A stretch of 64,000 nucleotides of DNA from Candidatus Shapirobacteria bacterium. GTDB taxonomy: Bacteria; Patescibacteriota; Microgenomatia; UBA12405. The notes below the pieces were generated by a model. It had not been told where the DNA came from and made no database searches. It saw nothing but the letters and a program-made list of their open reading frames with translations. The translations under genes and the position numbers were made by a program. The DNA is taken from assembly GCA_016188545.1 (NCBI GenBank), contig JACPHO010000001.1, positions 483,324 to 547,323 on the forward strand. The letters run 5' to 3'. Shown in pieces: positions 37,205 to 47,578 of this stretch. The first letter of the stretch is position 1; every line of letters begins with the position of its first letter.

Positions 37205-38658
37205 AAAAAGTATTAGTATCGTTTGTTCTACTTTTTGGCCTCCTTCTTCGTCTTTACAAAGTCAACGAACCCATCGCCGACTGGCACTCCCACCGCCAAA
37301 CCGATACAGTAGCAGTTACTCAAATTTTCGCTAATCATGGTTTTGATTTTCTCCACCCCCAATACTTTGACATTTCCTCTACCCAGTCTGGTAAAGAAAA
37401 TCCACAAGGGTATCGTATGGTTGAAGCCCCCATCTACAACTCCCTATCTCTTTGGCTTTCCAATCTTACGGGTATAAACGTCACCCTCGCTTCCAGACTC
37501 ATATCCATCATCCTGTCACTTGGCAGTGGTCTTCTAATATTCTTAATTGTGCACAGGTTCACTTCCCAGTACTTGGCAGCTCTGTTTAGTCTAGCCCTTT
37601 TTATGTTCTTGCCATTTAATGTTTTCTATTCGCGAGTCACCCTTCCCGAACCAACTGCTGTGTTTTTCATGCTCCTTTCTCTTTACTTATTTTCTGATCA
37701 CCTATTATTTTCGGGGGTAGCTCTGGCTATATCACTTCTAGTCAAGCCATACACCGGCATTATTCTATTCCCCACTTTACTTACCATTATTTTGACGCAT
37801 AAATCCAAATATTTTACTCACAAGCATTTACTGAATTTGGTTATCTTTTCTCTTATTGCCCTAATCCCTTTTGCTCTATGGCGTGGGTGGATATCTCAGT
37901 TTCCTGAAGGTATTCCCAGTAGTAATTGGCTACTAAACAATGGCGTCACTACCACCTTTCCCGCTTGGTTCCACGGATATAATCTTAGTTTTCTAAATAA
38001 ACTAATCGCCTTTCGACCTCACTGGTGGCAGTGGTTATTTCAAGAAAGACTAAGTATACTTATCCTCGGTAACTTCGGAGTAATTCCCATTTTCTTAGGT
38101 CTAGCATATCAGAAAAAATTTTCTCAGCCGATAGCTCTTAGCCTAGTCGCCGGAATATTACTTTATTTCATTTTTATTGCACAAGGTAATATTCAACACG
38201 ATTACTATCAAACCCTAATCATTCCGTCTCTGGCGATTCTTGGTGGCATAGGCTACTTTTATATTTCACAATATATTTTTAGTTCTATTCCGCTTAGGGT
38301 AATTGTTATTGGCGCGCTATTTATATTCTCCAGTTATTTTTCTCTTTATAAGGTAAAAGACTACTACCGTATCAACAATCCGACTATTATCACTGCTGGT
38401 AATGACGCTCAAAAACTTCTTCCGGTAGACAGTCTTTTAATTGCCCCAAACAACGGCGACACCACCCTTCTCTATCACACAGGTTTTTTTGGATGGCCTA
38501 CTGAGATCTATGATATCGATACTAAGGTCAAAGAATTTTCACCCCGGCCGGTCTTTCTTCTATCTCTCAATTATGATAAATATACCAATGCATTGATTGC
38601 CAAATATCCCGTAGTAGTCAAAAATGATAGTTATATTATTCTAAAACTCTCTCCATGA
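37201..38658 (+). CDS. GT-C fold glycosyltransferase (ArnT/PMT, GT39/83-like)
   Basis: N-terminal MKKVLVSFVLLFGLLLRLYKVNEPIADWHSHRQTDT pattern and more than 10 TM helices, typical of the ArnT/PMT_2 family. Confidence 0.55.
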   Translation: MKKVLVSFVLLFGLLLRLYKVNEPIADWHSHRQTDTVAVTQIFANHGFDFLHPQYFDISSTQSGKENPQGYRMVEAPIYNSLSLWLSNLTGINVTLASRLISIILSLGSGLLIFLIVHRFTSQYLAALFSLALFMFLPFNVFYSRVTLPEPTAVFFMLLSLYLFSDHLLFSGVALAISLLVKPYTGIILFPTLLTIILTHKSKYFTHKHLLNLVIFSLIALIPFALWRGWISQFPEGIPSSNWLLNNGVTTTFPAWFHGYNLSFLNKLIAFRPHWWQWLFQERLSILILGNFGVIPIFLGLAYQKKFSQPIALSLVAGILLYFIFIAQGNIQHDYYQTLIIPSLAILGGIGYFYISQYIFSSIPLRVIVIGALFIFSSYFSLYKVKDYYRINNPTIITAGNDAQKLLPVDSLLIAPNNGDTTLLYHTGFFGWPTEIYDIDTKVKEFSPRPVFLLSLNYDKYTNALIAKYPVVVKNDSYIILKLSP

Positions 38659-39869
38659 TCCGAAAAAAGCGAAATATCCTCGTGATCACTCCCTATATTC
38701 CCAGACTTAACCAAAGTGGTGGCCAACGTCATTCCTTTTTCACACTCAAATACTTATCTAAGACCAACAATATCACCCTTATCTGTTATAGCCGTAACGA
38801 TGAAGGTTTAAGCGATCTAAAACAATATTGTCAAAAAGTAATTCTAATCAAAAGAGGTCCTACTTGGAGTCTAAAAAACATCCTTATAACCGGGTTTAGC
38901 TGGTACCCATTTCTACTGGTCAATTACATAAATGCCGATCTAAAATCGGCCATTGAAAATGAAATTAACACCAAGAAATATGATGTTATTCACTGCGATT
39001 GTCTTTACCCAATTTTAAACATCCCTGAAGTAAAAATTCCTACCATTCTGGTTGACGTTACTATCGAGTACGCCATCTACGAACATTTTGTCCGTTCCCT
39101 TTCTGGCTGGAAAAAACTAGTAGCCCCACTACTTTGGATCGATGTCTTAAAACTAAAATACTGGGAAACCAGGTTTTGGAAACAGACTCATACAGTTATG
39201 ATGTTTAGCCAAGAAGATCGCGAGTTTGTCATCAAGGCTACCGGTCGCAAAGATATTCATGTCTTTGAAGACGGAGTCGATCCAGAACACTTTGACTTAC
39301 CCCAAAAGACACCTCGATCGAGTTATCCCTCGATTCTTTCCGGAGCTTCAAATATGAAGTGGATGCAAAACAGAGAATCAGCCGAAATTATTCTTCGTGA
39401 TTATTGGCCAAAAATCAAGGCAAAATACCCCACCGCCAAATTTTATATAGTCGGTCGTAACTCAGCCGACTTTTTTGGCCACCTCAACTCAAAAGATATT
39501 ATCGTCACCGAAGCAGATTCAGTTGGACCACACGATCTCCAGTACTATTATGAGCATTGTTGGCTTCTTCTCGCTCCCATGGGAAGCGGTGGAGGCACTC
39601 GTAACAAATTCCTCGAGGGGATGACTTTTAGAATCCCTGTTATAACCAATCCAGAAGGTGGCATGGGTAATATTAAAATAACCAATTACCAAGATGCTAT
39701 CGTCTGTGACAAAAAAGAAATTCTTAAAAATGTTTACAAATTATTCGACGATCATAAATATCGTCAACAAATGGGGGAGTCCGCTAGGAAATTGATAAAA
39801 ACAGATTATTCTTTTGAAACTAGTGTTAAAAAGCTCAACCAGATTTATGAAACCATTACCAAAAAATAA
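38655..39869 (+). CDS. Glycosyltransferase family 4
   Basis: RNILVITPYIPRLNQSGGQRHSF N-terminus. C-terminal GGGTRNKFLEGMTFRIPVITN. Confidence 0.7.
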   Translation: MIRKKRNILVITPYIPRLNQSGGQRHSFFTLKYLSKTNNITLICYSRNDEGLSDLKQYCQKVILIKRGPTWSLKNILITGFSWYPFLLVNYINADLKSAIENEINTKKYDVIHCDCLYPILNIPEVKIPTILVDVTIEYAIYEHFVRSLSGWKKLVAPLLWIDVLKLKYWETRFWKQTHTVMMFSQEDREFVIKATGRKDIHVFEDGVDPEHFDLPQKTPRSSYPSILSGASNMKWMQNRESAEIILRDYWPKIKAKYPTAKFYIVGRNSADFFGHLNSKDIIVTEADSVGPHDLQYYYEHCWLLLAPMGSGGGTRNKFLEGMTFRIPVITNPEGGMGNIKITNYQDAIVCDKKEILKNVYKLFDDHKYRQQMGESARKLIKTDYSFETSVKKLNQIYETITKK

Positions 39870-40791
39870 ACTACCAGTTTTATCTGTCATCATTCTCGAT
39901 TACAATGCTCTGACTTATCTTCAGAAATTGTTCGAATCGATATGCCGTTCCGTTTTAACCTCACAAATAGAAGTTATTTTGGTCGACAATGCCAGCGCTG
40001 ACAACTCACTGGAAATACTAAAAAAAACTAAGTACTCACATCCCAAAATTAACTTTAAATATCTCCAAAACGGCCACAATATTGGTTTTGCAGCAGGGAA
40101 TAATCGAGCAGTTGATATTACCGACCCAGCTTCCAAGTACATCCTTTTTCTAAACCCCGACACCTCAGTTGATCCAGATACTTTTCAAGGAATGATCGAT
40201 TATCTTGATAAACACCCCAAAATTGATACTGCCACTTGTCACGTAACTCTAGCGCTCACCGGACAACTCCAGCCAGAATGTCACCGTGGTTTTCCCACAC
40301 CTTGGAATTCGTTTTGTCATTTTTTCTTACCTTTTATGTCTCGACTTTTCCCTAAAGTAGCTATATTTAATGGCTACCTTCTCGGACATCAGGACTATTC
40401 CAAAGTCCAACCTATAGATTGCTGTGTTGGTGCTTTTTACATGCTTCGCCGACCAGTAGGTGATAAGATTGGTTGGTGGAATGAAAAGTATTTTATGTAT
40501 GGTGAAGATCTCGACATCTGTTATAAAGTCAAAAAAGCTGGATATAACTTATTCTTTATCCCGTTTTACAAAATAAACCATTACCAAGGCGTTTCCTCAG
40601 GTATAAAAAAAACCAAGTCAGCCGCTAGTCGCGAGACGCGTGTTCGTTCTACCAAAGCCACCACCAATGCTATGCGAGTTTTTTATCAGGAAAACCTCCT
40701 GGGCGACTATCCAGTATTTATGCACCCAACTATCAAGCTTGGAATCTCATTTTTAGAATTCTATCGGGTCTTTAAAGCCCGTTATTTATAA
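39847..40791 (+). CDS. Glycosyltransferase family 2
   Basis: LSVIILDYNALTYLQKLFESI...VILVDNASADNS. Confidence 0.75.
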   Translation: MKPLPKNKLPVLSVIILDYNALTYLQKLFESICRSVLTSQIEVILVDNASADNSLEILKKTKYSHPKINFKYLQNGHNIGFAAGNNRAVDITDPASKYILFLNPDTSVDPDTFQGMIDYLDKHPKIDTATCHVTLALTGQLQPECHRGFPTPWNSFCHFFLPFMSRLFPKVAIFNGYLLGHQDYSKVQPIDCCVGAFYMLRRPVGDKIGWWNEKYFMYGEDLDICYKVKKAGYNLFFIPFYKINHYQGVSSGIKKTKSAASRETRVRSTKATTNAMRVFYQENLLGDYPVFMHPTIKLGISFLEFYRVFKARYL

Positions 40792-40792
40792 A

Positions 40793-41923
40793 ATGCCTTC
40801 AAAGAATCATCCTCACATCGTTATCGACGCTCGTCTCTACGGACCACGACATACCGGTCTGGGCAGATATACAAAAAACCTACTAATTGCTCTGACCAAT
40901 CTTCCCGAATTTGATCGTTACCGCTTTACTCTGATTATCTACCCCGAACTAAAGACGGAAATCAAAAAAGATTTGGGTAACAAATTTGAATACCATGTCA
41001 CCCATATTCGTCACTATACTTTTGCAGAACAATTTTTCCTACCAGCTATTCTCTGGTCACTTCAACCATCACTTGTTCATTTCACTCACCTTGATAAACC
41101 CATTCTCTACTTCGGAAAATCAGTAGTTACTGTCCATGATCTTATCCGCCACTTTAGTAAGGGCTCAGACACCACTACTCGTTCACCGCTCCTATACTGG
41201 CCAAAATATTGGGGATATTTGCTAATGTCATCTTTTATAATCAGATTCAATCACCTTATAGTTCCCAGTGACTTTTGGAGAAACTATATTATCGACTATT
41301 ACAAAGTCACTCCATCACGTATTGTGACTACACACGAAGCCGTTGACCCATCCATTATTGCCCCACGTCAAAAGTTATCAACGCCACCTCAGAATTATCT
41401 ACTTTATACCGGCAATCTTTATCCTCATAAAAACATAGAGATTGTTTTTAAGGCACTCCAAAAATTACCCTCACTCAAACTAAAAATTATTTGTGCCCGT
41501 GATGTCTTTCATGAAAGAGCAGTCAAACTTACATCCAAACTAGGGCTGACAAAGCAAGTTGAATTTCTGGGTTATGTTCCTGATGAAGAGTTTATAAACG
41601 TCTATCAAAAAGCCCTGGCTCTGGTCCACCCTGCATTTCTTGAAGGCTTTTCCTTGACTGGGTTGGAAGCCATGTCTCTAGGTACTCCGGTTATTGCCGC
41701 TAACAGTAGCTGCCTTCCGGAAATATACGAAAAGTCAGTACTCTACTTTGACCCCAAAGACCCAGACGAACTAGTCAAGACTATCAAGCGACTTCAAAAA
41801 AGTCCCACTCTACGAAAAAAACTAATTAGTCTTGGGTACAGTCAAGTTGCCAAATATTCTTGGACCAAGACATCAACCAAAACCTTGAGTTTTTATCACC
41901 AAATTCTGACTAGTCGCCAATGA
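40793..41923 (+). CDS. Glycosyltransferase family 4
   Basis: HIVIDARLYGPRHTGLGRYTKNL. EGFSLTGLEAMSLGTPVIAANSSCLPEI. Confidence 0.8.
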   Translation: MPSKNHPHIVIDARLYGPRHTGLGRYTKNLLIALTNLPEFDRYRFTLIIYPELKTEIKKDLGNKFEYHVTHIRHYTFAEQFFLPAILWSLQPSLVHFTHLDKPILYFGKSVVTVHDLIRHFSKGSDTTTRSPLLYWPKYWGYLLMSSFIIRFNHLIVPSDFWRNYIIDYYKVTPSRIVTTHEAVDPSIIAPRQKLSTPPQNYLLYTGNLYPHKNIEIVFKALQKLPSLKLKIICARDVFHERAVKLTSKLGLTKQVEFLGYVPDEEFINVYQKALALVHPAFLEGFSLTGLEAMSLGTPVIAANSSCLPEIYEKSVLYFDPKDPDELVKTIKRLQKSPTLRKKLISLGYSQVAKYSWTKTSTKTLSFYHQILTSRQ

Positions 41924-41982
41924 CCGACATTCTACAACTGGTTAAATAAAAAATATAATATGACTTATTATTCTTTTTAACA

Positions 41983-43068
41983 TTGAACAAATTAAAAATT
42001 GCTATTTTTTATGATTGGTTAAATAACTGGGGAGGTGCCGAGCGTGTCCTTTTAAATCTATTAACTCTTTATCCACAAGCCGAAATATATACTCTAGTTC
42101 ACGATCCCAAGAAAACATCATGGCTACCGAGTCATTTTAAAATTCACACATCATTTTTAAACAAACTGCCCTTTTCTAAAACAAATCCAATTTTTTACAC
42201 ACCTCTATACAACTTTGCCATCGAACAATTTGATTTTTCATCATACGATATTGTCATCTCCACTACCACTACAGTCGGCCATGGCCTACTAACTTCTCCT
42301 CAGACTTTGTTTGTTTGTTACTTTCATAATATAAACCGTTATGTCTACTACACACCCGGAGTTTACCAACTCCTCATCCCACTTTTGGCTTTATATAAAA
42401 AAATTGATCAAGTCCTAATTCGTCGCCCAGATGCCTATTTTTGCAACTCTCAAACAGTCGCAAAAAGGCTCCAAAAGGCTTACGGTATCAATCCAATCAT
42501 CATCAATCCTGGCATCAATCTATCCCACTTTACCACTCCCTTGGTTAAGTCAAATTCAGAATCTTATTTTCTAATTGTCGGCCGCCAAGTACCCCATAAA
42601 AAAATTGATATCGCCATCAAGTGTTTTGAAAATAATCCGTCATTGAAACTTATCATCGCAGGTTCCGGACGTGATCATTCCCGACTGACAAAGCTAGCTT
42701 TGCGTTGTCGAAACATTCAATTTATAGACCAACCGTCAGACCAGGAACTCTTGAATTTGTATCAAAACGCTTCGGCCTTAATTTGTCCCCAATATGAAGA
42801 TTATGGTCTTACTCCTATCGAGGCTCAGGCCTGTGGCACACCTGTAATCGCTTACGGGAGGGGAGGCAATCTTGAAACAACTATTAAAAATAAAACCGCT
42901 GTCTATTTTTACCACCAAACCCCAGTATCGCTCCAAATTGCTATTAAAAAATTTCAACAAAAACGATTTGATCCCTTTGTCTGTCAACAGAACACACTTA
43001 GGTTCACCGATAATACATTTATGCTAAACTTTAGCGACCAACTACAAAAACTATGGACAAAAAAATGA
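41983..43068 (+). CDS. Glycosyltransferase family 4
   Basis: MNKLKIAIFYDWLNNWGGAERVLLNL. YGLTPIEAQACGTPVIAYGRGGNLET. Confidence 0.7.
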   Translation: MNKLKIAIFYDWLNNWGGAERVLLNLLTLYPQAEIYTLVHDPKKTSWLPSHFKIHTSFLNKLPFSKTNPIFYTPLYNFAIEQFDFSSYDIVISTTTTVGHGLLTSPQTLFVCYFHNINRYVYYTPGVYQLLIPLLALYKKIDQVLIRRPDAYFCNSQTVAKRLQKAYGINPIIINPGINLSHFTTPLVKSNSESYFLIVGRQVPHKKIDIAIKCFENNPSLKLIIAGSGRDHSRLTKLALRCRNIQFIDQPSDQELLNLYQNASALICPQYEDYGLTPIEAQACGTPVIAYGRGGNLETTIKNKTAVYFYHQTPVSLQIAIKKFQQKRFDPFVCQQNTLRFTDNTFMLNFSDQLQKLWTKK

Positions 43069-44150
43069 ACCATTACATTCTGATTATGTGTGGTGGTAGT
43101 GGCCCCAGGCTTTGGCCTCTCTCCCGCGCTACCCGTCCCAAACAATTCCTCCAACTTTTCGGTGATAACTCACTTATTAAAGATACCTACAACCGTTTTA
43201 AGAAATTTATTCCTGTCAAAAATATTTTTTTTATAAGTCATCAAAAATACCTCGAAGAACTCAAGCAAGAGTTTGGCAAGTCAGTCCCTAGTCAAAACTA
43301 TATTTCCGAGCCAGAGAAAAAGAATACTGCGATGGCAATACTTTATGGGACCACAATAATAAAAAAGCTCAATCCCAACGCAGTCATCTCAGCAGTACCC
43401 TCTGACCACTTCATTAAACAGGGGAGTAACTTTCAAAAAGACCTAAGTAAAGCAGCTAAAATCGCCACTGACACCGACAATATTGTCACTATCGGCATCC
43501 ACCCCACATATCCCAATCCTGGATTTGGTTATATTTTACATGGCTCCGGTAAAACCGAACTTCAAACAGTCAATCGTTTTGTCGAAAAACCATCTGTTAT
43601 AGATGCGCAGATTCTTATCCGCAAAGATGCTTTTTGGAATTCTGGTATGTACACTTTTAGACCAGATGTACTTATCCAGGAACTACACACTCACTCACCA
43701 GAATACCGACCGATTATTGATGCCCTAAACATTTCTACTTCAGTCGTTACCGCCCGAAAAATTTACAAACTCTCACCCACATTAGCTATCGACAAGGCAG
43801 TCTCAGAAAAGACCAAAAACCTAGTCATCTTCAAAGCATCTTTTGACTGGAGCGATGTTGGCGAGTGGAATGCCATCTGGCAACATCTCCAACCCCAACC
43901 AGAAGGCTTAAGCCTTCTAAACAATCAAGGAAATTATGTGTCAGTAAATAGTAAAAACTGCCTTGTCTACGGCGACAAGAAGAAATTAACGGGACTAGTT
44001 GGACTAAATAATTTAGCAATCATTGATACCCCGGACAGCCTGTTAGTTTGTAACCTCCATGATAGTTTTTCGGTACGTGAACTGGTTAAAAAAATTGTCG
44101 AGGACCCTAAGTTAAAAAAATATTTTTTGACAAATTATGACCGCAAATAA
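43053..44150 (+). CDS. manC: Mannose-1-phosphate guanylyltransferase (GDP-mannose pyrophosphorylase)
   Basis: ILIMCGGSGPRLWPLSRATRPKQFLQLFGDNSLIKDTYNRF matches the ManC/CpsB N-terminal nucleotidyltransferase signature. Confidence 0.8.
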   Translation: MDKKMNHYILIMCGGSGPRLWPLSRATRPKQFLQLFGDNSLIKDTYNRFKKFIPVKNIFFISHQKYLEELKQEFGKSVPSQNYISEPEKKNTAMAILYGTTIIKKLNPNAVISAVPSDHFIKQGSNFQKDLSKAAKIATDTDNIVTIGIHPTYPNPGFGYILHGSGKTELQTVNRFVEKPSVIDAQILIRKDAFWNSGMYTFRPDVLIQELHTHSPEYRPIIDALNISTSVVTARKIYKLSPTLAIDKAVSEKTKNLVIFKASFDWSDVGEWNAIWQHLQPQPEGLSLLNNQGNYVSVNSKNCLVYGDKKKLTGLVGLNNLAIIDTPDSLLVCNLHDSFSVRELVKKIVEDPKLKKYFLTNYDRK

Positions 44151-44823
44151 TCCCCAAAAACCATTCTATAAGACGAGAATATTTCTTTTTAACGTCGCCA
44201 AGAGAACCATCGACATTATCTCTTCCATCCTAGTACTCACTTTACTGTCTCCTATACTAATTGTCGTGGGAATACTTATTCGACTTACTTCAGAAGGGCC
44301 AGCACTACTTCGTCAAAGACGAGTCGGCAACAATGGTGAATTTATAATGTACAAATTCCGATCCATGTACAACGGCTCCAAATATAAAAATGATATGGAC
44401 GCTTTTCTAAGAGACAACTATCCCGTACTTTGGGAACAATATATCCGTGACGACTGGAAACTACCAATCAATATTGATCCACGGATTACACCTATCGGTA
44501 AGTTTATCCGTAAAACATCAATAGATGAAATGGCCCAATTCATCAATGTTCTAAAAGGCGAAATGAGCTTAGTCGGCCCCCGAGCTTACCGCAAAGAAGA
44601 ACTCGAACAATATGAGAAAAAATATCCAAATGCCAAAGCAAATATTGCCATAATTCGTACTGCCAAACCAGGCATAACTGGCCTCTGGCAAACGTCAGGT
44701 CGCAACGACATGAGCTTCGAACAACGAGCCCAACTCGATGCCAACTACATTAAGAATCGATCCATGCGACAGGAGATATTCATCATCTTCAAAACTCCCT
44801 TTAAAATGATCTCCAGCTGGTAA
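44137..44823 (+). CDS. Undecaprenyl-phosphate sugar-1-phosphate transferase (initiating bacterial sugar transferase, WbaP/PglC family)
   Basis: Single N-terminal TM helix, then EMSLVGPRAYRKEEL...KPGITGLWQTSGRNDMSFEQRAQLDANY. This is the conserved PHPT catalytic domain. Confidence 0.85.
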   Translation: MTANNPQKPFYKTRIFLFNVAKRTIDIISSILVLTLLSPILIVVGILIRLTSEGPALLRQRRVGNNGEFIMYKFRSMYNGSKYKNDMDAFLRDNYPVLWEQYIRDDWKLPINIDPRITPIGKFIRKTSIDEMAQFINVLKGEMSLVGPRAYRKEELEQYEKKYPNAKANIAIIRTAKPGITGLWQTSGRNDMSFEQRAQLDANYIKNRSMRQEIFIIFKTPFKMISSW

Positions 44824-44851
44824 AATCCTCTTTTTTTCTATAAACTAGACT

Positions 44852-46852
44852 ATGACTGATATTCCTCCCATCATTAAAAGCAGTGCTCCGGAAGCTAGAA
44901 TCCCAGCAACTACATCTACTGCTACACCTTATAGTTCACCATTGGACATGTCAAAGAATACCAAAAAAACGAACAAAGCTCTGAAGATTTTCATATCTGT
45001 CCTTTCTGTTCTTTTAATAGTGATCACCATAGCCGGTACTGCCGGGTTCTTTTTAGTTTATGTTCCTGGTAAAAAACTTTATTCCCAAGCCATGGACCTC
45101 AAAGAGGATGCCAAATTACTCCAAGATGCCGTAGCCCAAAAAGATTTAAAGAAAACCCAAACCGAAATCGACAATCTCAAAAACAAAATCAAATTACTCG
45201 ATGTTTCACTTAGTCGTTTTGCCTATCTTTCCGCTATTACTCGTGCCAAAGATTATTACGCCGATGCCAAGCGAATGATCTCAGTTAGCCTTGAAGGCCT
45301 TGATACTGGTACAGTACTTATTCAAACCATTGAGCCATACCAAGACTTTTTAGGTCTCAAAGGAACAGCCACTAGCAGTGCCAAAACCACCGAAGACCGG
45401 ATAACATTTCTGACCAACTCAATTGAAAGTTTGGTACCACATCTTGATACTATCGACAAGAAAATATCAAACATCACCACTACTTTAGAAGAAATTGATA
45501 TCAACCGCTATCCTACTGAGTACCAAGGAATTGCTATTCATGACAAGTTCAATCAGTTAACATCCACCTTAGAGCTAGTTAAAAAATATTTGGACAACGG
45601 AAAACCAATTCTTTCCAAGACCTCATGGCTCTTAGGTAAAGACAAGCCTCGTAGTTACTTAGTTATCTTCCAAAATGAGGGGGAGCTCCGACCTAGCGGT
45701 GGATTTTGGACTGCATACGCGACCATTAAAATGGACAAGGGTAAGGTTGTCCCAGGTCCAGCCAGTAACATCTACGATCTTGATGACAAGCTCCAATCTG
45801 TAGTCCCAGCCCCTCGTCTAATCAAGTCTTATCATATCAACGTACCTTACCTTAACCTTCGCGATAGCAACCTTTCCCCTGATTTTCCAGTCGATGCCAA
45901 GATATTCTTAGAGACGTACTACAAAACAATGGGTAAAAAGGACACCTTCGATGCTGTCGTCGCCCTTGACACCAATGTCTTAGTCGACCTAGTCAGTGTA
46001 CTTGGAAAACTTGATACTCGTGTCGGTACATTTACCACCGAACCTGATAAGCGTTGTGACGGCTGTCCTAAGATTATCTATGACCTTGAGTGGATTTCCG
46101 GAAGACCCCGTAACTATATCGAGAAAAACCGAAAAGACTTCTTAGCACCACTGATGCAAGCCTTACTTAGCAATGCGCTAGGTTCTGAGAAAACTAAAAT
46201 CCCACTTCTAGGCGAAGCATTTTTCAATAATGTCAATGAAAAACACATCCTCTTCTACTTCCCAGATGAAGAACTCCAAAAGTCAGCCTCTCTCATCAAT
46301 ATCACTGGTAATATCACTCAAAGTGATGCCAACACAGATTATTTCCATCTGAACGATGCCAACTTTGCCTCTGCTAAAAGTAATATTTTTATCAGACAGA
46401 AAATAAAACATGAGATTACTGTCACTGGTGACAAAGTCGAACACAAAGTAACTACGACTTACACCAACCCTAGCGCTGGCTCAAACTGCAATCTTGAAAA
46501 AGGTGACTTATGTCTTAACGCTCCCAAGTACCGCGACCTCTTCCGTTTCTATGTACCCAAAGGTAGTGAGCTGATTAAGATGACCGGATCTGAAGTGGAA
46601 CCACTAGTCTACGAAGAACTTGGCAAAACAGTCTTTGAAGGCTTTTATGGAGACAAATATCCTCTCTATGCCAAGTCGAGTAGCAAGACGACAGTAAACT
46701 ACAAAAGTAGTGTCAAGATGTCACCTAGTTACAGTCTATTGCTCCAAAAACAACCAGGCACAAAACCCATCGACTATGAAGTCTGGGTCAACGGCAAACA
46801 AAAGGATACTTTTGTGTGGAACAGTGACAAGACACTCAAAATTACTCCCTAA
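44852..46852 (+). CDS. Large membrane-anchored extracytoplasmic protein of unknown function (DUF4012-like)
   Basis: 666 aa. N-terminal TM helix at residues 50-75, coiled-coil segment, large soluble domain. The DUF4012 assignment is from memory of the architecture only. Confidence 0.35.
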   Translation: MTDIPPIIKSSAPEARIPATTSTATPYSSPLDMSKNTKKTNKALKIFISVLSVLLIVITIAGTAGFFLVYVPGKKLYSQAMDLKEDAKLLQDAVAQKDLKKTQTEIDNLKNKIKLLDVSLSRFAYLSAITRAKDYYADAKRMISVSLEGLDTGTVLIQTIEPYQDFLGLKGTATSSAKTTEDRITFLTNSIESLVPHLDTIDKKISNITTTLEEIDINRYPTEYQGIAIHDKFNQLTSTLELVKKYLDNGKPILSKTSWLLGKDKPRSYLVIFQNEGELRPSGGFWTAYATIKMDKGKVVPGPASNIYDLDDKLQSVVPAPRLIKSYHINVPYLNLRDSNLSPDFPVDAKIFLETYYKTMGKKDTFDAVVALDTNVLVDLVSVLGKLDTRVGTFTTEPDKRCDGCPKIIYDLEWISGRPRNYIEKNRKDFLAPLMQALLSNALGSEKTKIPLLGEAFFNNVNEKHILFYFPDEELQKSASLINITGNITQSDANTDYFHLNDANFASAKSNIFIRQKIKHEITVTGDKVEHKVTTTYTNPSAGSNCNLEKGDLCLNAPKYRDLFRFYVPKGSELIKMTGSEVEPLVYEELGKTVFEGFYGDKYPLYAKSSSKTTVNYKSSVKMSPSYSLLLQKQPGTKPIDYEVWVNGKQKDTFVWNSDKTLKITP

Positions 46853-47412
46853 TGCCTCGCTATCTCACTACCAAGGCCATAGTAGTTAACCACCGACGGT
46901 CACTTGAGTCAGATGAAGTCATTACTCTTTTAACCGAATCTCTGGGAAAAGTGGTGGTGAATGCCAAAGGTGTTAAGTCCAATAAAAGCCATCGGCAGGG
47001 GAGTCTAGAACTAGGGAACCTTATTAAAACTCAACTGTATGAAAAAAACGACCGCTATTGGCTCGCCGATACTGTCGTTTTAAAACACACCCTTTTGTTG
47101 ACCAAAAGTCTGACTCAACTGAATTTGATTTTTTATTTTTTAGAAATAACCAATCATTTTATTGCCGAAAATCAGCACCTTGATAATGTCTTTTCTATAA
47201 CCTGCGCTCTACTCGAGTCAGTCAACAAAAACGATTTTGCAACACTAATTCGACATGAGATCCAGCTTTTGGAAGCATTAGGTTTTGGCGTCCCAGAACC
47301 AATTACTCTTAGCTATCAAAAACAGGACTATCCTGAAAGTCAAAAACAAATTAAATTATTTTTAGAATCGATCATCGAGCGACCGCTTCACAGTAGCAAG
47401 CTCTTTAAATAA
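46852..47412 (+). CDS. recO: DNA repair protein RecO (short form)
   Basis: N-terminal OB-fold pattern TKAIVVNHRRSLESDEVITLLTESLGKVVVNAKGVKS. Firmicute-like recO-glyQS synteny. Confidence 0.5.
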   Translation: MPRYLTTKAIVVNHRRSLESDEVITLLTESLGKVVVNAKGVKSNKSHRQGSLELGNLIKTQLYEKNDRYWLADTVVLKHTLLLTKSLTQLNLIFYFLEITNHFIAENQHLDNVFSITCALLESVNKNDFATLIRHEIQLLEALGFGVPEPITLSYQKQDYPESQKQIKLFLESIIERPLHSSKLFK

Positions 47413-47578
47413 GCACTCCTTTCGAGTTCTGCTATAATTCAATATCAAAGTAGGGGATTGGCTCCCTATTTAACAACCAAGATTAAGTGGTTCAGTGAAT
47501 ACTGAACAATTAGGGTGGAACCCCTCCGAAAGCTTTCGGAGGCCCTAAATTATATTTATCATTTATAATTTAGGCACT
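47413..47578 (+). promoter_or_regulatory. T-box riboswitch leader (glyQS-type) with putative -10 box and terminator/sequestering hairpin
   Basis: Conserved T-box sequence AATTAGGGTGGAACC at 47508-47522. Immediately followed by perfect palindrome CCTCCGAAAG/CTTTCGGAGG (47523-47542). Upstream stem TAGGG-GATTGGCT-CCCTA carries a GGC (Gly) codon in the loop. TATAAT at 47436-47441. Confidence 0.55.

Noticed and set aside
44852-46852. 666-aa protein as an LCP (LytR-Cps2A-Psr) phosphotransferase
   Set aside because: The architecture (TM plus large extracytoplasmic domain next to the PHPT) is suggestive. I could not identify the LCP conserved Arg/Asp motifs, so it is kept as hypothetical.
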